From Vulcanimicrobiota bacterium (GTDB lineage: Bacteria > Vulcanimicrobiota > Vulcanimicrobiia > Vulcanimicrobiales > Vulcanimicrobiaceae), in the NCBI GenBank assembly GCA_963733295.1, contig CAVTCS010000003.1:2688001-2752000 (forward strand): DNA of 64,000 bases, written 5' to 3'. Positions 29,004-38,610 of this stretch are shown here, one piece after another. The notes under the pieces were generated by a model. The model ran no database searches. It saw only the letters and a program-made list of their open reading frames with translations, and was not told the origin of the DNA. The translations under genes and the position numbers were made by a program. Every line of letters starts with the position of its first letter. Positions within the stretch are counted from its first letter, which is position 1.

Positions 29004-29413
29004 GTATTTCTCCCTGGATGGGCTGCGGGATACCAGCGCTCGAGCATCTTCTCAAAAGTCGCGACGAGCTCGTCGCGCCCAAGTCCGAGCGATTTGGCTT
29101 CACGTACGGCTGCGTCGACCGCACTCGAGGCGATGTCGGCGACGGCTCGGCCGGCCTCCACACTGCTCCCGTTGTCTCGCACGAACGAACCCCGTCCGGG
29201 ACTCGTCTCGATCACTTCGTCGCGCTCGAGTTCGCGGTAGGCCCGCGCGACGGTGTTCGGATTGATCGTCAGGTCCAGCGCCAGAGCTTTGACGGTAGGC
29301 AGTTGCTCGCCGGGCCCGAGCGTCCCCAAAGCTACGGCCCGCTTCACCTGCTCGATGAGCTGGTGATAAAGCGGGACGCCGCTGCGTGGATCGATCGTGA
29401 AGATCGCTGGCAA
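29000..29413 (-). CDS. GntR family transcriptional regulator (YtrA subfamily)
   Basis: PLYHQL...GEQLPTVKALA...INPNTVARAYRELE...GRGSFV with a short C-terminal domain. Confidence 0.93.
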   Translation of the reverse strand: MPAIFTIDPRSGVPLYHQLIEQVKRAVALGTLGPGEQLPTVKALALDLTINPNTVARAYRELERDEVIETSPGRGSFVRDNGSSVEAGRAVADIASSAVDAAVREAKSLGLGRDELVATFEKMLERWYPAAHPGRNT

Positions 29414-29414
29414 G

Positions 29415-29531
29415 TTAGAACTTGACGCCCCACCCGGCGAAGAGCGAGTTGGACCGCGGGGTCGGGATGACGGTGACGCGGGCTTCGGGAGCTTCGGGGT
29501 TCATGGTGTCGGGACGATTCGAAACGGTCAT
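29415..29531 (-). CDS. Small 38-aa ORF leading the GntR-ABC operon
   Basis: Strong SD TAGGAGA before ATG, stop 1 nt before the GntR TTG. MTVSNRPDTMNPEAPEARVTVIPTPRSNSLFAGWGVKF. Confidence 0.7.
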   Translation of the reverse strand: MTVSNRPDTMNPEAPEARVTVIPTPRSNSLFAGWGVKF

Positions 29532-29551
29532 TGCTTTCTCCTAACGTGATG

Positions 29552-29597
29552 TTGTCCTAGTACACTAGTACAATAGCACACTAACAAACGAAGTCAA
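29552..29597 (-). promoter_or_regulatory. Promoter and GntR/YtrA operator
   Basis: Minus strand TTGACT-16 nt-TATTGT (TG extended). Inverted repeat TTGTCCTAG-N4-CTAGTACAA (29552-29573) overlaps -10/+1. Confidence 0.8.
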
Positions 29598-29796
29598 CCC
29601 CTTCCCAAAGAAATTTTCGTCGAGGAAGCCCGGCGATCGTCAAGGACACAAACTGACGCTCGGTAGCTCGGCCTTTCGAGGGCTAGGAACCTTCCGCCGA
29701 ACGCACGCGCTTCGGCCCGGTGGGTATGAAGTGCGGGCGAGGGTGCGGGTGCTCTCGCGAGCGAGAAGCGGGGCCTACCGGTTCAGAATGAAAAAG

Positions 29797-29818
29797 CGAT
29801 GACATCCCGATGACATCC
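29797..29818 (+). promoter_or_regulatory. Perfect 11-bp tandem repeat, candidate OmpR-family binding site
   Basis: CGATGACATCC x2, about 100 nt upstream of the RND operon. Confidence 0.55.
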
Positions 29819-29915
29819 AGCGAGTTCTCAGGCTTCACAGGAATACTAGCGGGTGTTTCCCAGTGGGGAAGTACGCCGGATGGAAATCGGCGGAAGCCAT
29901 GGAGTCATACATTCA

Positions 29916-30335
29916 ATGAACAAGACATCGATCGGCGGAGCGGCGCTCGTCGCCGCGCTCTTCCTCGCCGGCTGCACCGGCCAGAGTTCGAGTTCCGCGG
30001 GAACTGGCACGGCATCGGACGCAGCGGCGCAGGGCCCCGCAGCAGCGGGTCAAGCCGCCGGCGCGGGCGCGGCGGGCAATCCCAATGCGCGACACCACTT
30101 TGCCGAAGCGCTCATGAGCCTCAATTTGAGCGACGCTCAGAAGAGCCAGATCCGCGGCATCATGGACGCGGCGCGCGCTCAGGCCAAGACCCAAGATCCG
30201 GATACCCGGCGCGCCACGATGCGCACGGCGTTCGCCAAGGTTCAGGCGGTGCTCACGCCCGAGCAGCGCACCGCATTCAAAGCCAAACTCGCCGCACTTC
30301 GCGCCCAGTCGCCGCCGCAAGCGCCGACGCCGTAG
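29916..30335 (+). CDS. Spy/CpxP-like lipoprotein
   Basis: Lipobox LAGC, LNLSDAQK and VLTPEQR (LTxxQ) motifs. Confidence 0.82.
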   Translation: MNKTSIGGAALVAALFLAGCTGQSSSSAGTGTASDAAAQGPAAAGQAAGAGAAGNPNARHHFAEALMSLNLSDAQKSQIRGIMDAARAQAKTQDPDTRRATMRTAFAKVQAVLTPEQRTAFKAKLAALRAQSPPQAPTP

Positions 30336-30342
30336 AGCTCGC

Positions 30343-31659
30343 GTGAACGCTTCGCGCCTGACGGTCCTGGCCGTTCTCGCTGCAGCCGTTCTCGCGAGCG
30401 GCTGCAACCGTCAGGCGCGCACTCGCACGGCGCCGTCGCCCAATCCGATCCCGACCGCGGTCGCGCGACAGGCGACCGTGCGCGCCACCTCGACCATTTC
30501 GGGTTTCATCGCGCCGCTCCAGAACGTGGCGATCACGAGCGCGCTCTCCGAACCGGTCGACCGCGTTCTCGTCAACGAGGGCGACCGCGTCCGCTCGGGG
30601 CAGGTCTTGGCGGTGCTCGACACTGCCGACCTGCGCGCGCAGCTCGCGCAAGCGCAGGCGACGGTCGTAAGCGACCAGCGCACCGCCGCCTCCAACGACG
30701 CGAAGGTCGTGCAGACCCGCTACACCGCGACCTTGAACATCGGAACCGGCAACAATCAAGTCACCTCGGCCCAAGCCGCGCTCCAACAAGCCAAGCAAAA
30801 CCTGAGCAACGATCAGCTCAACCTGGAGCGCGACCGCCAGTTGGTTTCACAAGGATACCTCGCGCAGCAAACGCTCGATCAGCAGCAGACCACCGTCGTG
30901 AACGATCAGGCCGCGATCCGAAACGCTCAGGCCAACGTGGAGACGGCACTCACCAACCAATCGGTGAACGGCAACGCGTCGAACGGTTTGCAGGCGGCCA
31001 ACGTGGCGGCGTCCGAGGCCGACGCTCGCGCCTCCCACGCCGTCATCGATCAAGCGCGCGCGCAAGTGCTGCAATTGCAGACCTCGATCGCGAAGGCCAC
31101 CATCGTGTCGCCGGTCGACGGCGTCGTCGTCAATCGCAATTTGAACCCCGGCGAGTATCCGGGGTCGCGCACGATCTTCACCGTGCAACAATTGAACGAC
31201 GTCTACGCCGAGTTGAACGCCTCGGGTGCGAACACGTTCGCGATCCCGCAAGGCGCGCCCGTCACGCTCTCCGTTCCGGGTTCGGGCGGAAGGACGTACG
31301 GTGGCGACGTCGTCGCAGTGCTCGGCCAGGTGACGCCGGGCTCGACCAACTTCACGATCAAGGTTCTGGTTGGGAATCCCGACGACAAGTTACAGGCAGG
31401 CTTGCCGGTGACCGCCACCATCAAGCTTCCCGCGGTGAGCGGCATCGGCATTCCGACGGCGGCCTTCCTCGACGACACCCACTCGACGGTCCTCGTGGCC
31501 AGCGACGAACTGGTTGACGTCGTGGCGAAGACGGCGCACGTGCAAGAGCTGGGCAGCGACGGCACGACCTCGATCGTCACCGGTCTGAAAGTAGGCCAGA
31601 AGGTCGTGGCCAACGGACAGCTCGGCATCACCGAGGGGCAGTCGCTCGCGCAGCAGTGA
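30343..31659 (+). CDS. RND efflux periplasmic adaptor (MFP), lipoprotein
   Basis: LASGC lipobox, lipoyl halves VNEGDRVRSGQVLA and IVSPVDGVV, long helical hairpin. Confidence 0.9.
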   Translation: MNASRLTVLAVLAAAVLASGCNRQARTRTAPSPNPIPTAVARQATVRATSTISGFIAPLQNVAITSALSEPVDRVLVNEGDRVRSGQVLAVLDTADLRAQLAQAQATVVSDQRTAASNDAKVVQTRYTATLNIGTGNNQVTSAQAALQQAKQNLSNDQLNLERDRQLVSQGYLAQQTLDQQQTTVVNDQAAIRNAQANVETALTNQSVNGNASNGLQAANVAASEADARASHAVIDQARAQVLQLQTSIAKATIVSPVDGVVVNRNLNPGEYPGSRTIFTVQQLNDVYAELNASGANTFAIPQGAPVTLSVPGSGGRTYGGDVVAVLGQVTPGSTNFTIKVLVGNPDDKLQAGLPVTATIKLPAVSGIGIPTAAFLDDTHSTVLVASDELVDVVAKTAHVQELGSDGTTSIVTGLKVGQKVVANGQLGITEGQSLAQQ

Positions 31660-34600
31660 TGCGCCGGATCTCGCAGCTCTTCGTCAACCGCCCGCCGCTG
31701 GTTTTCGTGCTGGTGGCAGTGATCGCGCTTGCCGGCAGCTTTGCGCTGGCCACGCTCGTCCAGCAGCAATTTCCGAACATCGACTTCCCCACCGTCAACG
31801 TGACCGTTTCCTACCCTGGTGCCTCGCCGACCGAACTGCGCGACTCGGTCGTGCGACCGATCGAAGATGCGATCGCGGGCGCACCCGACCTGAGCTACAT
31901 CAACACCTCGATTCAACAGAACCAGGCGTCGATCTCGGCCACCTTCTCGCTCGAGTCCAATCAAACGACCGACCTCACCGAAGTGCAAGACCGGGTGCAA
32001 ACCGCTAGCGCCGCGTTGCCTTCCGATTTGCCGGCACCTTCGGTGCGAACCTTCGATCCGGCGCAGGCGACGGTGGTCACGATCTCGGTGACCTCGCAAT
32101 CGCTCAGTGTCGCCGGCCTGTCCGCGATCATCACCAACAATATCGTTCCGGCGCTCGAACAAGTTCCCGGAATCTCGTTCGTCGGAGCGAACGGCACGGT
32201 CACTCCGGCGCTCGAGGTACTCGTCGATCCCGAGAAGCTCGCCAGCCGCCGCTTCACCACGACCGACGTCGTCACCGCGATTCAAGCCAACAACGTGCGC
32301 GCGCCCGGCGGAATCGTGTACTCGGGAAATCGGGAGACCTCACTCGACGTGCGCGGCGACGTGCAGACGCCGGCCTCGATCGAGAATTTGCTCTTGACCG
32401 GTTCCAGTTCGGTGTTGCTCGGCGCGACCTCACCGTCGGGAACCGTCACCCAGAAGTATTCGGTGTTGAGCGGTTCGACGAACCAAGCTTTGGCGCTCAG
32501 CAACAGCGCGATCGCGAATTCTAGCGCGGCCACGAGCGGCAATGCCGCGGCCGCCGAATCGAGCAGCGAGGCGGCGAGCGCGGGTTCGTCCGGCGGCGCG
32601 GCCGGTTCGAACGTCACGGCATCGAGCGCCGGGGCGGCACTGTCCTCGCTTCCCTCCGGCTCCACACAAATCGGCGCGGCCTCGCCGACGCCGAGCCCCT
32701 TCGCGGCCAATTCGACGACGGTCACGTCGTTCGCCGCCGTCCCCGGCGCGGCGTCGAGCGCGAGTAAGAACGCAGCTGCGACTCCGGTTCCGACGATCGC
32801 GCCGCTCGTTCTCGCGCCCGCAGCGGTTTCGAGCGCCGGCTCGTCGGCAGCCGCCTCACCCGCGCCGATGGCGACCGCCTTCGTTCCCGCGGCGAACACG
32901 ACCGTGGCCGCTTCGGTGCCGGCGACCTATTCGGCCCTGACGCCGGCGGGTGCCGGTTCGGGCGGCGCCTCGTCGGGAGCGGGCAGCTCGGCGACCAACC
33001 CGTTCTCGACGGCGGCACAACTCACGCGAATCGGAGACGTCTCCACCGTAACCGATTCCTACGAGCCCAAACGCGTGTACTCGTACGTCAACGGAAAGCA
33101 AGCGATCACGCTCAACGTGCAAAAGGCGACCGGGGCCAGCGAAGTCGCCTCGGCCGAAGCGGTCGTCGCGGCCCTTCCCGCTATCGAAGCGCAATACCCG
33201 GACATTTCGTTCCACATTCTCAATTCGCAAGCGGACGAAACGAAAGCCCAGCTGTTCGGCGTCCTGCAAACGCTGATCGAAGGCATCGTGTTCACCGGCA
33301 TCGCGATGCTGTTTTTCTTGCGCTCGTGGCGCAACTCGCTCGTCGTAATGGTCGCGATCCCCTGTTCGCTCCTGGTCACGCTTTTCGCGATGAAAATCTG
33401 GGGGTTCACGATCGACACCGTTTCGCTCTTGGCGATGACGCTGATCATCGGCATTTTGGTCGACGACTCGATCGTCGTCTTGGAGAACATCGAGCGGCAC
33501 TTCGAGGGCGGCGAAGCGCCGCGTACCGCTGCAATTCTCGGCCGGAGCGAAATCGGCGGCGCGGCAATCGTGATCACGCTCGTCGACGTCGTCGTCTTCT
33601 TACCGATCGCCTTTTTGCCGGGAATGACGGGGCGCTTTCTCGCGGAGTTCGGCATCGTCGTGACGATCGCGACGCTGACCTCGCTCTTTATCTCGTTCAC
33701 GGTTACGCCGGCGCTCGCCGGCAATTGGTCGCTCCTCTCGAACTGGAAGGCGCCCCGTCCCATCGAAGCGTTCTCGCGAGGATTCGCGCGCTTGCGAAAC
33801 GTCTACAGCGAGCGCATTCTCGTGGGCGCCTTGCGCCATCCTAAGACCGTCGCGGCGGTTTCACTCGTCCTGACCGCCGGGGCGATCTCGCTGATTCCCC
33901 TCGGTCTCATCGGCTTCGAGTTCATCCCCTCGGTCGACCGCGGGCAGATCTTCGTCTCGGTACAATTCCCGACCGGAACGCCGCTCAAAACGACCGACAC
34001 CGCGGTCCGCGCACTGACGAACCGCTTCCTGGAGATCGCCGACGTTCAGCAGATCGTCTCGACTTCCGGAACCACGCAGCAAGGTTTTGGCGGCAGCACG
34101 AACCTTGGTTCGAACGGTCAGCTGCGCGTCTTTCTGAATCCGAACCGAAAGCACTCGACGACCGACGTCGCGCACACGATGACCGGCCTCGGTCATTCGC
34201 TCGTGCCGGGCGCCAAGGTCGTCGCGATCCCAGCAACGGGGACGCGCGGCGGGAATTCGCAGCCGCTGGACTTCACCGTCACGAACGCGATCGGCGAGCC
34301 TGACGCCTACGCCCAGCAGATCGTGGGGGTTCTGCAAAATACGCCGGGAGCCGTCAACGTCACCAGTTCGTCGCTGCAGCTCTCTCCCCAGATCGACATT
34401 CATTTCGACCGGGATCGCGCGCGCGCGATGAACCTCGACATCGGTCTCGCTTCGCAGGCGGTCCGGGCCGCGTTCGGGGGCACGCTCGCCACGCAATTCG
34501 ACACGGCGAACGGCACGAAGTACGTGCAAGTCCTCTATCCGCTCTCCGACGACACGAACATCTCGACGCTGAAGTCGATCGCTCTGCGGAACCGGGCCGG

Positions 34601-35397
34601 CCAGATCGTGCACCTCGAGGACGTCGCGATCTTGACCAGCACGCCGTCCGCAAGCGCTCATCACCCGCGTCAACCGGCAGACCGTCATGCACGTCTCGGG
34701 CAACGTCGCACCGGGCTACGCGCTTTCCACCGTGCAGGACGACTTCATGAAGCGCGTGCAGGCTCTGAAGCTCCCGAACACCGTCCACATCGGTCGGAAT
34801 GCGGGCGGCACGCAGCAAAATCTGACCCAGACGGTCAACGGTCTGGGCATCTCGCTGCATCCTTTCGTTCGCTCTCGTCTATCTGCTGATGGTCGCGCTC
34901 TACGACGCGTATCGCGCACCGCTGGTGATCATGTTCGCCGTGCCGGTGGCGGCCGATCGGAGCTTTTGGTGCGCTCGCGCTGACGGCTCAGAGTTTGAAT
35001 CTCTACTCGCTGATCGGCGTCGTCATGCTGATCGGTCTCGTGAGCAAGAACGGGATTCTGCTCGTCGACTTCGCGCACCTCAAGGTCTTAGCAGGGAATG
35101 GATAAGCGTACTGCGATCGTGGAGGCGGCGCGGGCACGCTTCCGCCCGATCATCATGACGACCGCCTCGATGATCTGCGGAATGATGCCGCTCGCGCTGG
35201 CGCTCGATCCGGGTTCGGCGGCGAAACGTTCGCTCGGAACCGTCGTCATCGGCGGTCTCACGAGCTCGCTCTTGCTGACGCTCGTGCTCGTGCCGGTCGT
35301 CTACATGTGGCTGGCGCCCGGACCGCCGAAGCGCAGCATCGAAGCCGATCGCGCGCAGGACGGGCGCGCCCCGGTGTTGACCCTGGAGCCGCGCTGA
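31659..35397 (+). pseudogene. RND efflux permease (AcrB/MdtB-like) broken by four +1 frameshifts; pseudogene or sequencing error
   Basis: QQFP, YPGASP, GILVDDSIVVLENI, KNGILLVDFA and RFRPIIMTT motifs. The frame matches the downstream paralog after removing one base near each of 34649, 34857, 34954 and 35094. Confidence 0.85.
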
Positions 35398-38300
35398 TGT
35401 GGCTGACTCGCATCTTCGTCGAACGGCCGACGCTGGTCACCGTCTTTCTGGCGCTGGTCTTGCTGGCCGGCGTCGTCGGCGGCTCGTCGCTCGTGCAACA
35501 GCAATTCCCGAGCACCGACGTGCCCTCGATTCAGGTCTTGCTCAGCTATCCCGGCGCATCGACGACGGAGATGCGCGATGCGATCGTGCGGCCGCTCGAA
35601 GACCAGCTCGCCGGCTCGCCCGATCTCGATCATCTCGAGACCGCGATCCAGCCGGGGCAAGCTTCCATCGTCGCCGTCTTCACCCTCACCTCCGATCAGA
35701 ACAACGACCTCGTGCAGGTTCAGGGACGCGTGCAGAACGCGCAGCACTCGCTGCCCAACGACCTGACCACGCCGCAGATTTCGGTTTATAATCCGAGCGA
35801 GGCGGTCGTCGTCTCGCTCGCGCTGCGCTCGCGTTCGCTGCCGCCGGGCGAGCTTTCGTCGCTGACGATCAACAAGATCGTGCCGGCGATCGAGCAAGTC
35901 AGCGGCGTGTCGTTCGTTCAGGAGAACGGAACGGTCACGCCCTCGATCCAGATCAACGTGAGTCCCGACGCGCTCTCGTCTTCCGGCTTCACGCTAACCG
36001 ACATCGTCAGCACGATCACGAACAACAACATCCGCTCGCCCGGCGGTATCCTCTACTCGCCCAACCGCGAAACCAACCTCGACGTGCGGGGCGACATCCA
36101 AGACGTGCCGACGGTCGCCGATCTGCTGTTGGGCGTCTCCGGCGGGACCACGGCCTCGACGACGACGAACCCGTGGTCGACGCAGGGCCGCTTGTTCCGC
36201 ATCGGCGACGTCGCCAACGTCACCGACACCTACGAAACGCAGCGCGTTTTCGCCTACTCGAACGGCGAGCCGTGCGTGACCCTGAACATCCAGAAATCGG
36301 CGGGCACCAGCGAGGTCGAGACGTCCAAAAACGTGCTGGCGGCGCTGCCCGGCATCGAGCGCACGTACCCGAACGTCGACTTTCAAGTCCTCGACGTTCA
36401 GTCGACCTACACGCAGCAGCAGCTCTCCGGCGTCGTGCGCACGCTGTTCGAAGCGATCGTCTTCACCGGCATCGTCATGCTGTTCTTCCTGCGCTCGTGG
36501 CGCAACGCGGTGGTCGTGATGATCGCGATCCCGGCGTCGCTGCTGATCACGCTCTTCGCGATGCGTCTGGCTCACTTCACCTTGGACATGGTGTCGCTGC
36601 TCGCGATGACGCTCATCATCGGTATCCTCGTCGACGACTCGATCGTCGTTTTGGAGAACGTCGAACGGCACTTCGCCGCCGGCAAATCCCCCGAGCAGGC
36701 CGCGATTCAGGGGCGGAGTGAAATCGGCGTGGCGGCGATCGTGATCACGCTCGTCGACGTGGTCGTGTTCTTGCCGATCTCTTTCCTGCCCGGTTCGGTC
36801 GGGCTGTTCTTGCGCGAGTTCGGGTTGGTCGTAACCGTTGCGACGCTCACCTCGCTCTTCGTCTCGTTCACGGTCACGCCGACGCTCGCAGGGCGCTGGG
36901 CGCTGCTTTCGACTTGGCGTCCGTGGCGTATCATCGACGGTTTCACGGCGCGTTTCGAGCAGGCGCGCGAAGCGTACGTCAACCGCGCTCTGGGCTGGGG
37001 TCTGAGCCACGGGCGGCTCGTCGCCGCGGTCTCGGCGCTTTCGCTGGTGCTCGCGCTCGCGCTCATCCCGCTCGGCATCGTGGGATTCGAGTATATCCCG
37101 CCGGTCGATCGCGGCGAGCTCTACATCACGCTGACCTTCCCGAGCGGCACGCCGCTCGAAACGACGCGCGAGGGCGCGCTCGCGGTCGAGCGCGTCGTCG
37201 ATCAAGTGCCCGACCTGCGAGCCGAATCGACGATCGCCGGGGCGTACCTCGGACAGCTGACCGGATACATCTCCAACGGCGCGGTCGCGCAAATCGACAT
37301 GTATCTCAAGGATAAGCGCGCGCACTCGACGGCCTACTGGGCCACGCAGCTCGAGAGCCAAGCCCAAAAGATTTTGCCCGATGCCAACGTGGTAGCAGTC
37401 CCCGCGACGGACATCTCCGGCGGCAACTCGCAGCCGATCGACGAAGTCGTTTCGAGCGTCGACGGCGCGCCCGAACCGTACGCCGCCAAAGTCTACGCCG
37501 CACTCAAGGCGACTCCGGGCGCGATCAACGTCACGACGTCCGCCGCGGCCCTCGCCCCTCAGATCAACGTCGAATTCGATCGCGACCGCGCGCGAGCTCT
37601 CAGCGCCAGCGTCGGAACCGCCTCGAGCGCGATTCGCGCGGCGTTCGGGGGCGATCTCGCGACCCAATTCACCGGCTCCGACGGACTCAAAGACGTCCTG
37701 GTAACCTATCCGCTGCCGGACCAGACCTCGCTCTCCGCGATCGAAGCGATTCCGATTCGCGCCAACGACGGCTCGATCGTGCACGTCGGCGATATCGCGC
37801 GGCTTGTGCAAGCGCCCGCCCCACCGCTGATCGTGCGCATCAACCGCCAGAACGTCGTCTACTTGGGCGCGAACCTCGCGCCGGGGGCGCTCCTCTCGAA
37901 CGTGCAACGCGATTTTAGCCGGCGGGTGGCCGGGCTGAACCTGCCCTCGACGGTGACGGTCGCGGCCACGGCCGGCGGCAACCAGCAGCAAGTCAGCGCG
38001 ACGGTGCAAGGCATGAGCATCGCGCTCATGCTCTCGGTCGTACTGGTGTACCTTTTGATGGTCGCGCTCTACAACAGTTACCGCACGCCGTTCATCATCA
38101 TGTTCGCGGTGCCGGTGGCGGTCGTCGGCGCACTCGGTTCGCTGGCACTCTCGCACCAAACGCTGAACCTGTTTTCGCTGATCGGCTCCGTCTTGCTGAT
38201 CGGGCTCGTCAGCAAGAACGGCATCTTGCTGGTCGACTTCGCCAACGCGCGCCGGCGCGAGGGAATGAGCCGCGTCGCCGCGATGCGCGAGGCCGCGAAG

Positions 38301-38567
38301 GAACGTTTCCGGCCGATCATGATGACGACGGCGGCGATGGTTGCGGGCATGCTCCCGCTCGCGCTCGTTCTCGATCCGGGCGCCCAAGCCGAAGCCTCGC
38401 TTGGAATCGTCGTGATCGGCGGCCTGCTCAGTTCGCTCTTGCTGACGCTCTTGCTGGTTCCGGTCGTCTACGTCGCGCTCGCCGGCGACGTAGTGCGCAC
38501 CGGTGAAGAACGGAGCGAACCGCGCATGCCCGGCGAAGCGCCGCTCGTCGACGTCGGTACGACCTAG
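35397..38567 (+). CDS. RND efflux permease (AcrB/MdtC-like)
   Basis: Intact frame, GILVDDSIVVLEN, KNGILLVDFA, RFRPIMMTT. TGATG overlap. Confidence 0.95.
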   Translation: MWLTRIFVERPTLVTVFLALVLLAGVVGGSSLVQQQFPSTDVPSIQVLLSYPGASTTEMRDAIVRPLEDQLAGSPDLDHLETAIQPGQASIVAVFTLTSDQNNDLVQVQGRVQNAQHSLPNDLTTPQISVYNPSEAVVVSLALRSRSLPPGELSSLTINKIVPAIEQVSGVSFVQENGTVTPSIQINVSPDALSSSGFTLTDIVSTITNNNIRSPGGILYSPNRETNLDVRGDIQDVPTVADLLLGVSGGTTASTTTNPWSTQGRLFRIGDVANVTDTYETQRVFAYSNGEPCVTLNIQKSAGTSEVETSKNVLAALPGIERTYPNVDFQVLDVQSTYTQQQLSGVVRTLFEAIVFTGIVMLFFLRSWRNAVVVMIAIPASLLITLFAMRLAHFTLDMVSLLAMTLIIGILVDDSIVVLENVERHFAAGKSPEQAAIQGRSEIGVAAIVITLVDVVVFLPISFLPGSVGLFLREFGLVVTVATLTSLFVSFTVTPTLAGRWALLSTWRPWRIIDGFTARFEQAREAYVNRALGWGLSHGRLVAAVSALSLVLALALIPLGIVGFEYIPPVDRGELYITLTFPSGTPLETTREGALAVERVVDQVPDLRAESTIAGAYLGQLTGYISNGAVAQIDMYLKDKRAHSTAYWATQLESQAQKILPDANVVAVPATDISGGNSQPIDEVVSSVDGAPEPYAAKVYAALKATPGAINVTTSAAALAPQINVEFDRDRARALSASVGTASSAIRAAFGGDLATQFTGSDGLKDVLVTYPLPDQTSLSAIEAIPIRANDGSIVHVGDIARLVQAPAPPLIVRINRQNVVYLGANLAPGALLSNVQRDFSRRVAGLNLPSTVTVAATAGGNQQQVSATVQGMSIALMLSVVLVYLLMVALYNSYRTPFIIMFAVPVAVVGALGSLALSHQTLNLFSLIGSVLLIGLVSKNGILLVDFANARRREGMSRVAAMREAAKERFRPIMMTTAAMVAGMLPLALVLDPGAQAEASLGIVVIGGLLSSLLLTLLLVPVVYVALAGDVVRTGEERSEPRMPGEAPLVDVGTT

Positions 38568-38610
38568 GGCCGCCGAGAACCATTTCCTGCCGCCGGTTGT
38601 TCGGGGGAGC

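Noticed and set aside
29690..29785. Resemblance of AGCGGGGCCTACCG to the 3' end of a c-di-GMP-I riboswitch
   Set aside because: The upstream GGCAAAC/GNRA-loop/GACGCAAAGC core is not recognisable. An Rfam scan would be needed.
34640..35100. Programmed frameshifting in the RND gene
   Set aside because: Four separate shifts without slippery heptamers; error or decay is far simpler.
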